Source: Vitrella brassicaformis CCMP3155 (lineage: Eukaryota > Protista > Chromerida). From it: a stretch of 64,000 nucleotides of DNA. The translations under genes were made by a program, and so were the position numbers. Where the stretch lies: positions 124,001 to 188,000 of the forward strand of contig CDMY01000436.1 of the NCBI GenBank assembly GCA_001179505.1, read 5' to 3'. Positions 22,811 through 34,861 of the stretch are shown here, piece after piece. Under the pieces are notes generated by a model, which was not told the origin of the DNA, did no database searches, and saw nothing but the letters and a program-made list of their open reading frames with translations. How positions within the stretch are numbered: the stretch's first letter is position 1; every line of letters begins with the position of its first letter.

Positions 22811-25800
22811 ATGCAGTTGTCCAGCAGCGTCGTCGCGTTCATCGCCGCCCACACACTCACTCTGCCCCGTGTGTCTGGAAAAGGAGGAGGGCTGCAAAAC
22901 CGAGAAGGCAAGCAGCAAGACCATTGCACGCCTGAGCTGAGCAGCAGCACGCCACGCCCTTTGTGTGCTGTGCGCATGACTGACATGGAGGTGCTGTACA
23001 GATTTCTATCAGTGTGTGAGCGGTTGGATGGGTGACGGCAAGTGCGACCTCACCAACAACCACGACGAGCTGGGCTGCAACTACGACGGGGGCGACTGCT
23101 GCCAGACGACGTGCGAGGCCAGCTGTGCCGACAACCCCATCAGGTGCATCCATGGCTGCGGCATGGAGTCGGAGTACGAGTGCATCGACCCTGGTAAGTA
23201 AGACAGACAGCATAGCGATGGGCCACACTCAACACACAGATAGAGATGGATGGATGGATGGATGGATGGGTGGACGCCTCCATGATCGTGTGTTTCTCGC
23301 AGATGTGACGCTGGTGCCCGCCCCCTGGTGCATCCGGGGTCGCGAGAGGCCCCTGGGCGACTGCTACCCCAAGGAAGATGAGGAGCTTATCTCATTGGTA
23401 GAGCTGTCAGCGAGTGAGAGAGTGGATGCCGCCGAGCGGTGTGGTGACAGTGTCCGTCGTTTCATTTTGTTCCGTCCGTCAGGTCTTGTTGCAGTGTGCG
23501 CTTGACACTCGGGCGCACGGCAACGGCGATACCACCCCCAACAAGTGTGGCAACCAGGAGGGCACCTGCACCGACAACGAAATCGTAAGTGGCTTGGCCA
23601 GCCAGAACGGTCTGCCCCATCAGCCTTTCTGCCACTGCTGCATTGCACTGCTGCAGGCGTCGGGCATCGATGGGTGTCACTTGCCGCCCTCTCTGTGCAC
23701 CAAGCGGTCATGCTGTTCGGACGCTGTGCGCTACGGGTTCGTGCCAAATGTGACCGCCACGCTTGACAAGTCATTCGTCAACGTCACTAATGCCACCTAT
23801 GACGTGAGCTGTGCAAAAGGGCTCTCTCTTTTCTCTTTCTGGGATGAGATGTGCGTCTGTTCCTCATCTGTGTGTGTCTGCGTGTCGTGTATCTTGTGTG
23901 CTGTGCAGCTTGCGGACTACCTGATGGACGAAGCCAGGGCCAACTGCGCAAACAAGACGTCGCAAGAGTCAGAGGGTTGCAGGGGGAAAGGAAAGGCCTG
24001 CGTCTGCCTGTCCTGCACACTCACTCGTGTGTGTCTGAGTGTGTGTGTGTGTGCTGCAGTGACGTGCCTTGCTTCGAGTATATGTCCGACTGCCTCACCG
24101 AGAACAGACGAAAGGTCCGCATGATCAATCAGATGCGTCAACTCAGAGCAAGCCAGGTCTGCACTTTGCCCAGTGTGTGCTGCTATGCTATGGGTCAGGG
24201 GGGTGGGTGTTGCGAGTGTGAGGAGAGCTGGGGCGGTTGGCGGTGCGACCTGCCGCTGTGTCTACCGCCATGCGACAACGGCATCTGCCAGGGACCAAAC
24301 AGATGCGCGTGCGACATGCAGTGGAAAGGTATATATCTCCGTAGCAGCGATGGCGGCCTTGTTGTGTACTGTCTGTGTTATGGTGTGCAGGTCCGCGGTG
24401 CAACCACCCGGTGTGCGAGCCAGGTAGCCTGGCCAAAGGCGGCAGGTCTCTACTCTTATCTCTCTGTGGTGTGGTGTGGTTGCCATGCCCTTATCTGAGA
24501 CAGAGTGTGTGCCGGGTCAAGGCGTGTGCGTCTTCCCAAGTTGGTGACCGACGCAACGAGTGGCGTGGCATCCATGTCTAATTTATGTGTGTGTGCAGAC
24601 CACTGCGAGTGCTTCTACGGCTGGACAGGCGACACGTGCGACACACCAGTATCGGTAACAAATAGCCCACACGCACAACCAGACACACACACCACACACA
24701 GCCATGCACTCACTGCACACCCCACCCAGAACCAATGTGTGTTCATTCATCATGTAGCTGCCCGAGTGTGTCAACGGCGAGGCGGTGTTCCCCAACCGCT
24801 GCGCGTGCAATGAGGGCTGGGGCGGCCGCATATGTGACTACCCCCTCTGTCAGTCATGGCCTCTGCCCTCGCCAGAATGCGGCAAAGGATCCTGCGAGGT
24901 GCCCGCAATCAACAGAGCGGCCGCAGTGCAGTCAGCACACACGTCGGCTCTCTCTGTGTGTGTGTTTGCAGGAGCCGTATATGTGTGTCTGTGCCCCTGG
25001 ATGGGAGCAGGAAGCTCTGGTGGGTAGGTGTTGGGGAGAGAGAGAGAGAGAGAGAGAGATCGGCTCTCCCTGTCCTGCACTCCTTGCTCTACCCTCTACT
25101 CGCCCTCCAGATCGACTCATTAGGGCGACAGGTGGTGCCCGACTTCAGACGCCAACAGGTGAGGGAGGGGAGCTCACACGCACACAGCTTCCTTCGCCTT
25201 TCCGGAGGGATGGATGTGGGCATATAGGACAAGACAGTGTGGGTGTTGTCTGGTGCGCCCGAGTACGTCCAGAACGACACCAGGTTCCGGATCTCATACG
25301 ACATCGGCACCGGGATACCCATCTTCACATACGAAGTCGACAATGCACTCAAGTAATTTGCCACAAGGACAGTCTACCGACGAGCGCCGAGTGTCCGTCC
25401 GTCTGTCTCTGTCTGTCTGCAGCTGCAGCCGTCCATCCAAGTGCAGCGTCCATGCCGACCCGCGGTGTGTCCGATGCAATGACGACGGCACCTGCCTCGT
25501 CTGCGAGATGGGCTACTTCGTCCAGCCACACGACGTACGCGACCTGTCCCCCCCTCCCTCCCTGCCTGCCTCACTCACTCCACTCTCATTCTGGCCCACA
25601 CGCGCGCACATGTGTGTTTGTTGCACAATCCATCAATCAGGGTCGCTGCGAGCGCTGCAGCACAGTCCTTCCCCACTGCCTCCACTGCGACCACCACGGC
25701 ACCAGGTGCCACGCGTGCGACCCCCTCTTCGTGCTTCGAAACGGTGTCTGCGGCGCTGACGGCATCGTGGAGCTCGCCACGGCTGTGCTGTTTGTGGACG

Positions 25801-28800
25801 AGGACCACACACACGTGCGGGTGCCGCTGCAGCTGTGGGAGGAGTCGGTGGGAAGCGCGACGGAGCGGCTGGGGCCGGGGGAGCTTGGCCGCGAGATGAG
25901 TGGCATGGAGAGGCGACCTGTGGATGTGTGGGTGCACACTGGTGAGTGAGTGAGTGCACTGGTGAGTAGTGAGTGCACTGGTGGAGAGTGAGGGTGGATT
26001 GATATCAATGTGTGTGTGTTTGTCTTGTTGTTGTGTGCACTGCAGAGGAGGGTAAGGGTGTCGGTGGTGCTGTGAGCCACAGCGCCAGACACGTCGGCCG
26101 CATGGTCGACTTCGACTTCACTTACGAACCGCTGTGAGGGAGGGGAACAAAGAAAGTGCCACGAGCCTCCTCCGAGTGCGCACTCCACCGCTCGTTTGCT
26201 CTGTCTGTCTCTAGGTCCCTCACTGTCAGCAATCCCTACGCAAGCCACGACATCGCTCTCTATGAAGGTAAGCCAGCCATCCAGCACACAACATGCAAAC
26301 CTCCTTCTGTCTGTCTCTACAACGAATTCCCAGACGGTTCAGCGCACGAAGACCCCATCTTCTTCGACGTGCTGCTCACATACTCGCCCGAGAGTGTGCA
26401 GGGCAGCCCACACCCACTGCTGCCTGACTTCGACGTCAACCCCAAGAGGTACCGACCGCTCTCGTCGCCCCCCGCTCGGCCGACCAAGGAGGAGCAGACA
26501 AACCTCATCACACAGACGCGGGTGTACCTGTGGAACCGGAACTACGAGGCAATGGCCGACTGGTCAGTCAGCTCACCAAAGCGGCAAGACGTCAGTCATT
26601 TCCATCAAATGTTTGCACCCTATATGCAGCTTTCTGGTGTGGGGCGACGGAATGAACACATCCGTCAGCCCGACTGTGTATGAGGAGCAGACGATCTACC
26701 TCTCCGTCCGCGGCGTCGACCTCACCCTGCAGCCGCCAGACCCACACGACAACACCACCAACGTGACTCTCGCACTCAGCCGCACCGGCTACCACACCCC
26801 GGCTGACCTGACTGATGTGTGGGGCGACATTGATCCGCCCAACAACACGGTGCTGCTCGAGGACTGCGGGCAATGGCGGGCGGGCGTCGCGCCGGGGCCT
26901 AATGCGAGATGCAGGGTGGGCAAAGACACAGACAGAGAGGCGGGGGGCGATGTGTCGATTATATGGTGGTGTGGTTGTGGGTGTGGTTGTGGTTGTGGTT
27001 GTGGTTGTGTTTAGGAGACAGTGGTTGTGTCGTATCGGCCGGACTCGGTTGCTGGAGGCATCAGCTACCTGGGAAACGCCACAGAGTGAGTGAATAGCAA
27101 GCGGGAGCGATCTCCGCTTCACGCATTCCATCACGGCCCCATCTGACTGACGGGCCTGTGTGTCGTTGGTGTATCACCATGCCATGCAGGGCAGTGTACG
27201 TCGGCAACGGCACCTACCGCGCCTTCTACCTGCCAACCGTAGCCGGTCGGTCAGCCACACACCCACACCCACACACCACACCCAGAGGCTCCTCAGCCCC
27301 CTGTGTCAGCTTCTGCCGTGTGCATGTGTCACATACATCCAGGTGGCTATTCCGTGTTGGTGGAGAAGGGCATCCCCGGTGTATACGGCGAGTACTTCCT
27401 CTCCGACGCCGTCAAGCGGGACTCTGCCCCGGCCATCCCCGAGATCCGCCGCATCGACCGGCAGCTGACGGGCAGATGGCCCACCCGCGGCCGCGCACCC
27501 GCACTCATCCGGTGGCGGGGCTTCCTGCGCCTTTTCAGGGACCTGCACATGAACGGCAACGGCACCTCCCCATGGTCGGTCGCCATTCACGTGACCGCAG
27601 GCTGCCGGGCGTCCCTCTACTGGGGTCTTCGGCGGGACCTCGCCCTGGACCTGATCGCCCCCATTGACTTGGACGAGGAGGCTACGGCGAATATGACGGT
27701 CACGAGCACGGGGGTGCCGATTGTGGTGAATGCGAGTGTTGGTGTTGGTGACGGTGGTGCTGAGGGTGACGGTGGGGGTGAGGGTGTAGTTGTCGGTGAG
27801 GGTCGGCTGGATGTGCCGGTTGACATGGCTGAGGGCGGGGAGGACGCCCCGCCTGCAGTGCCGTTTGAGCTGGAGTTCTTCGCGCCGGACCCGTGGCCTT
27901 ACAAGGAGTTCACCGACATTGCGGTGGATGTGTTGTGGCACACGCCCAACATGAGTGCGGGCGAGTTTGTGAGGATACCGCAGGACGCCATTCTCACGCG
28001 CGGCATTCACTTCAAAGGTACACACACACATCCATTTGATCACACACCTAACCTAACCGCCGTCTGTCCGTCTGTCTGTCTGTGTGTCCTTGTTGCTGTG
28101 TGTTCTTCAGGCAGCCCGTTCATGGGGTTTGAGGCGTTGGCTGGCGATGCCAACGCCACCATGTCATCCGCCTACAACGCTGACGACGGATCAGAAGTGT
28201 TCGACACATCCGTCGGCACCGAATACAGGGTGGGTGGGGTCAGTGAGCGGCTGAGTGGGTACACATCACGGACATCACGGCCTGCCTGTCTGCCTTGGTT
28301 GATGTGGTGATGGTGTGTATGTGTGTGGATGTCAGGTGGACATCTTTCTCTTCGACAGCAGCGGTTTCCGCATCGTCAGCCCCAACTACCTCGGGTCGAT
28401 CGTCGTCCAACTCAAGGGACCTTCCGCTGCCGTCGAAGCAACCGGTCACCCCCTCCCTCTCCCCCCCCCCCCCCNNNNNNNNNNNNNNNNNNNNNNNNNN
28501 NNNNNNNNNNNNNNNNNNNNNNNNNNNNNNNNNNNNNNNNNNNNNNNNNNNNNNNNNNNNNNNNNNNNNNNNNNNNNNNNNNNNNNNNNNNNNNNNNNNN
28601 NNNNNNNNNNNNNNNNNNNNNNNNNNNNNNNNNNNNNNNNNNNNNNNNNNNNNNNNNNNNNNNNNNNNNNNNNNNNNNNNNNNNNNNNNNNNNNNNNNNN
28701 NNNNNNNNNNNNNNNNNNNNNNNNNNNNNNNNNNNNNNNNNNNNNNNNNNNNNNNNNNNNNNNNNNNNNNNNNNCTCCCCCCCCCCCCCCTTTCACACAC

Positions 28801-31800
28801 CACACACCCACATTCTCCCTCTGTGTGTGTGTGTGTGTGTGCGCGTCCACAGGTGCGGTGTCTTACAACGCCACAACGGGTGTGTACCGCGGCGCCTTCA
28901 CCCCCACGTCGACATCGATCAGTGTGTCGGGCTATGACCGCGAACTGCACGTGCTGCTGGGGCCAGACCCGTGCGCCAACTCCCCGTTGGCCGTGACGGT
29001 GAGGAGTCAGCTGTCGGACCCCAACCAGACCATCATGTACGACCATGAGGATGACTCACCCGCATTCGTCAATGAGGTCGGTGGGCAGGGAGAGAGGGAG
29101 AGGGAGGGAGGTAGGGAGAGGGAGAGACCGTCTCTCCCTTGTGTGTATGGGTGTTTGGCGGCTGTGTTTGTTGTCAGGGTAAGGAGTTCAAGTTGCAGTC
29201 GGTCGATGCGGCCGGGAACAATCGGACGGTGGGTGGGGATCTCTACGAGGTCCGATTCGAAGGACCGCAGCACGCACCCAGACCACAAACAGGTAAATAA
29301 CGACCGACCCACCCACACGCATCCATCCACCCACCTACACAAATCGCTTCTGTCCGTCCGTGTGCAGGTTGGTTCGGAGGCCCGTGCACCGACAACAGTG
29401 ACGGCACCTACACATGCGAGTTCGCCATCGTGACCCCCGGCATCTACCAGCAGCACGTCTACTACTTCTCCACAGAGATCCTCCGGCCGCCCTTCAACCG
29501 CACCATCACAGCCCAGGGCGTCATCTCACCCGAGCAGACCTACGCCACGGGGCCTGGTGTAACGGCCGCACCTGTCGACCCGGCCGACATCATCAAGGCT
29601 GGCGTGCCCACCACTTTTACCATCGTCACGGCGGATCCTTTTGGGATTCAGTACTTCGAGGGCGGCATGACGTTTGTGGTCACCATTGACGTCAATGTGA
29701 GTTGTGACATGGCTGGCCATGGGTGCACAACAGGATCCTCGATGGATGGATGGATGGACATGGATGTGTGTGTGTGACAGCCCCCCTTTCAGGTGACGCC
29801 CGTGGACAACAACGACGGCACCTACAATGTGACCTACACCATCTGCCCCGCCGGACCAACTCTCATCTACATACAAGTGATGTGACCCCCTCCACCTCCC
29901 CCCTCACACAGCACACACACCCCACACCCCACGCCCCTCCGTGTGTGTGTGCGTGTGTCTGATTCATCCCATCCACCTGAATCAGTTGAACTGCAAGATT
30001 CGCGAGTTCCAGTTCAACGAGGTGTGCGAGGCCTTCCCCTCCAACACCACCTCAACCCCGGTGCCCATCTCCGGCTCCCCCTACCCCATCACTGTCGTGC
30101 CCTACCTCGAGGACCCCGCTCAGTCGGCCATTCAGGGCCATGCACTCGTCGACCCGAGAGCCGGCGTGCCGCAAGAGTTCCAAGTAGGTGGTGTGGTGGT
30201 AGAGGAGAATATATAAGGGGGAAATCGGCATCGCATCATCAGTGTCATCTATTGTCTCCTCCTGGTCTCTCTCTCTTTGTGTCTGTTGTGTTGTGTTGTG
30301 TGTGTGCAGGTGGCCTTTGAGGACAGCTGCGGCAACATCCCTGTGGACTTCAACCGCTCCGAGTGGAGCCTCACCCTCACGGAGGACCTGACGGCCTCTC
30401 TCGTGCCCCTCTCGTGGGCCCTCGCCTCTCCCGGCCTCATCGAGGCGTCATTCACCCCCCTTCGCAGCGGCGCCTACACCCTGTCCGTCATCCTCGACAA
30501 TACCGGCACCCCAGCACACATCTCCAACTCACCCGCCACTCTCACCGTCACACAGTCGGCCGTCGTGGTGGGCACTGACTTCGTTATCGGCTCCTTCGGC
30601 GCGTCCGAGCAGTCCCTCCGAGGGCCTCTGAGTGTTAGCACAATGGACGCCGGGCAGTCGGCGACCTTCCAGGTTACGGCGCGGGACATGTACGCGGACG
30701 CTTTGCCGTTTGACAACGACACGTTTCGGGTGGGTGTGTGGGAGGGGGGCGACTGCCCGGCGAGCGTGGGGTGTGTGGGGCTGTCGGCCAAGGCCGCCAG
30801 CTGCGCCCTGCATGGTCAGAACTGCGTCGTGCGGTCCACTGACAACCTGTGTGTGCCCAGCCCGACCAATTGCCAGAGCAAGCCAGCAGTAAGCGAGCGC
30901 CAAAAGACATGCGACAAGAATCCCGCCCGCCACTCTGCCGTGTTTGTGTTTGTGTTTGTGTGTCAGGTAGTGACGTCATCGATGGCAATCGGCTTGACGG
31001 TGGTGTCGCCTGGTGTTTACGAGTACACCCTGAGCACCGCCCGCAGCGGCACCCACTACGGCGGTGTGTCTGTCTACCGCCTCGGTGGCGTGCAGGCGGC
31101 CTACTTCCGCGACCCCAGCTTCCAGTCCCCACCCCTCCACACACACATCGACAGACGATTCGACTACAACTGGTCAGTCATTCCAACCAGTGCACACAAA
31201 CAAGCAGAAACGTTGTGCATGTGTGTGTGTGTGTGTGGATGTGTGTGTTGATTGCAATGTGCACTGCTGCAGGTGGGATGTGTCGGCGTCTGCCGCTGTG
31301 TCTGGCAGCGCGAGCCTTCACGAGTTCGCTGTGCGGTGGGTGGGGCTCATCCGGCCGCCCGCGGGCACACCCGAGATGGTCCGCGCACTGCCCACTGAGA
31401 CGTACAACCTCACCATCGTCACCGATGGAGGTCGGTGCACCTCACCCACACAACAAACACACAACACAGACGAGTGCGTCGTACGTGTGTGTCCACTCCT
31501 CCCTCCTCTCTGAGTGTGCTGTGTCTGTAGGTGTGCGTCTGTACCTGGATGAGTCCCTCGTTCTCGACTGCTGGCGGTGCGGCATGTCCGAGCCCGACCG
31601 CACAGGCTGCCCACCGGCGTGTGCCGACGGCAGCACAGAGGGCGGTGAGAGCCGCAAGGGTGTGCGCGGTGTGGAGCTGCCCGTGGCAGGTTTCACCTGG
31701 TACCGTCTCGAGTACTTCCACCGCGGCCGGCTGTCGGCCTACCTGCGCATGTACTGGACCTCACTCACGCAGCGGCAAGAGGTGCTGGTGCCCTCGTCTG

Positions 31801-33957
31801 CCCTCTACTGGGAGGAGCCTTTGCTCCCAGCGTCATCACCCACATTCACCCTGACGGTCAACCCTCTGACCACCGCCACATCGGTGCAGTGGGACCCTTC
31901 CACCCCCCCGCCGTCCGCCTCAGCGGTCAGCACTCTCACCGGCCCTCTGCGAGTGTCCCTCACAGACACCTACGGCAACCTCATCCCCACTGGCGGCCGC
32001 ACGGCCGACTTTGCCGTCACCCTCACTTCGCCACTGGCCAGCGTGACGGCCACGGCGGTTGCTGACCTTGGAAATGGGTACTATGACATCACGTTCACCC
32101 CTCTCCTGGCCGGCCCTCATGTGGTGGAGGTGCGCAAGACGGCATCGACCGCCCTGCCTCTCAGGCAGGAGGTCTCGGTGACGCAGGGCGGACCTGACGC
32201 GGCACTGTCGACTCTGGCGTGCCTTCCCGCCTCCCCAATTGTTGCTGGCGGGGCCGTCACTTGCACGGTCACGAGCCGCGATGGGGGAAACAACGCCCTG
32301 CCGGTCTTGACGCACCTGATTGCGGTTTCGGTGACCGATCCCTCCGGCGACAGCTATCCCGTGTCATGGACCCCCACTCAGCAGCAGATGCCTCCAATGG
32401 GCGAGCAGGCCGCCGTGTCGAGCTTCACGTTCTTGCCAACTGAGGCTGGCGCTTGGACAGTGAGTGCGACGCTCCCGCCCGCCACAGCCCTCCCGCCTCT
32501 GGCCTACACCGTGACAGCAGCAGCAGCGGCGTCTTGCTGCTCCGACGTGGCTCTCCCGCCCCCTCCCTACCTCACTGGCGACCCATTTGTCATCACCGTC
32601 ACATCCAAAGACCGGTTCAGAAACCTGCGGACGGGCAGCGGGGATCTCTTCAGCGCCACCGTCACCGGCATTGGTGGGGTGGTTGTGGACCTCACCGTGA
32701 CGGCCAATGGCGACGGCACCTATGACCTCTCCCTCCCCTCACCGATTGCCGATGACGGCTTCGTCACGGTGGAGGTGTCTTTGGTCGCCCAGGCGGACGC
32801 CTTGTCGGTCTATGGCTTCCGGGGGGTGCTGCTGCAGTCGCTCGATTGGGGCAGCAGGACACCCAGTGACACGGAGGTCGTGACGGGGACGGTCGAGCTG
32901 ACGCCTGCCTTCCAGGGCGGGGCTTATGAGTCGGCTGTGTGGACCGCCGAGCTGCTGCCAAAGGGAGTGGGGACCAACAACTTCATCTTCTCGGTGGATG
33001 TGGTGGGCAGAGTGGAGGTGTTGGTGGACGGCCAGCTGGTGCTGTCGGCCCAGTCGCCCACAGCCGCTGTGGCAACGGGTGTGACCTCGGCCACACCGGT
33101 GGCGTTAGATGCGGCCGCGTCAGTGCCGCTGGTGGTGCTGTACTCGTTCATCCTGCCGCCCTCGTCGGTGGCGGCGTCGGGGTACCCGCCCGGGCCGACA
33201 CTCAACCTCTATTGGGAGTCGCCCGACATACCATTGGCGACGGAGATCATCCCACAGACAAATGTGTACCATCTCAAGACTGCCATGCCAGGGTGGGTGA
33301 CCGAGAGAGTCGCCTTCAAGGGTGTGGTCCATCTGTGTGTATGTGTGTGTGGTTAGGTATCCGGTTCGTCTGTCTGTGGTCAATGACCCCTCCCCCTGCA
33401 CGAGCCACGCCCTGCAGGACTACAGCGGCTACTTGCCCACTTACATCTTCCCCCGCCCCGGCGACACCAGCTACCCACCCACACATGGCACCGTCGGCCG
33501 CCCATATAGCCCCAACCTCCGATGCACTTGGACCTATAGGAAATCCAGCAACCCTGCACACAGGTCGGTCGGTGGACGGACGGGCGAGTTGCAACTGACC
33601 ATCGTACATGCCTGTGTTGTGTTGTGTGCAGGTTGCGCATCCGTGTGGTGACCTTCGATGTCGAGCAGTCCCTCGATTGCGGTAAGGACAGTTTGCGGAT
33701 CTGGCGGGGGGCCGCCCCATATGCTGGGCCGCTGGTGGGCAGCTTCTGCGGCACCCTGGCTGGTGGGTCAGAAAACACAAACAAGGACACACACGCACAC
33801 ATGACCTGGATGGATGGATGGATTGGCACATGACATACACACAGGTGGTAGTGTGTTGATGGAGGCCGGCGGTGCTGACCAGGACTACACCATAGAGTTT
33901 GTGAGCGACGCAGCCGAAGAGACGGCAGGCTTCCAGCTGGACCTGGCCATCACGTGA
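22811..33957 (+). CDS. Giant secreted multidomain protein: LNR-like, EGF repeats, furin-like Cys-rich, Calx-beta-like, multiple filamin/Ig repeats, PA14-like domains, C-terminal CUB
   Basis: GDGKCDLTNNHDELGCNYDGGDCC (LNR); CECFYGWTGDTCD and CACNEGWGGRICD (EGF); DNSDGTYTCEF, DLGNGYYDITFTPLLAG, NGDGTYDLSL (filamin); GVQAAYF...FAVRWVGLIRPP...VRLYLDESLVLDCW (PA14); YSPNLRCTW...FDVEQSLDCGKDSLRIW...GSFCG...FVSD...GF (CUB). The start is tentative. Confidence 0.8.
28475..28774. other. Assembly gap (300 N) inside an intron, flanked by poly-C
   Basis: N run with long C tracts on both sides, between a GT donor near 28445 and an acceptor near 28851. Confidence 0.95.
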
Positions 33958-34861
33958 TGCCGATGATGCCGATAAATGGATGGATTGACGTGTGTATATA
34001 TATAACTAGCTGTTGGTGTGCTAAAGGTGTATAGCTCCGTGTGTACAGACTACTGACTCCCGGCTGGTGAGAGAGAATAAATGAGTAAGTGTCCCGTTGG
34101 TTGATGCGGTGCCGATGCACCCATATGCCATGGACGGCATCGCATCTTCTCTAGACACACCATACATAGGAGCTGTCAGTCAGTTAGTTGACAAACACAC
34201 ATGACACACACACGTCACGTCAGTACCAACATGAATGGCACACTGCACACACGCACACACCTCACACTACATCATCCATCAAGGAGACCAACGACCACTA
34301 CACAGGACGAGGAGAGAACCACACTCACTCACAGCCAAACATTTCTGTAGTCACAGAAGGAGCAAGCAAGGGCAGACCGACTGGTCAGTCAGCAGCGGGT
34401 CGAGCCCAACCAAGGCTACTCAAAACACAGAATTCAGCAGCCAGACAGACAGCACCAATTATCATCTGTGTGCCTTTCGATGTCAAGTGTGTGTGTGTGT
34501 GTGTGTGTGGCCTGTCCTGTGACCTGAGCCGACTCCCATTTAGAGCTGCTACCCCTCGTGTGTCGTTGGTGCAGTGCACCCATACCTATCTATCTACCGA
34601 TGGATCTAAGTGTGTGCCGATGCGATTAAATAGCCAGCCTCCATTCCGTACGCACGCACGCAGTGAGGAAGCAAGTTGGTCAGTCTGTCAGTCAGTCGAC
34701 AAGAGAGAGCCAGGAAGGCAGACAAGACAAGCAGCGAGACATACACATACATCTATCTATCGACAGCAGGCAGGACACCAGGCAGGCAGGCAGCCGCTAG
34801 CTATGTACATCACCCACCCCCTCCCTCCCTCCCTCCCTTCGTCAATCCATCCATCCATCCC

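Noticed and set aside
25940-25990. Short tandem repeat gtgagtgcactg
   Set aside because: Only two copies at an intron 5' end; consistent with local slippage of the donor region.
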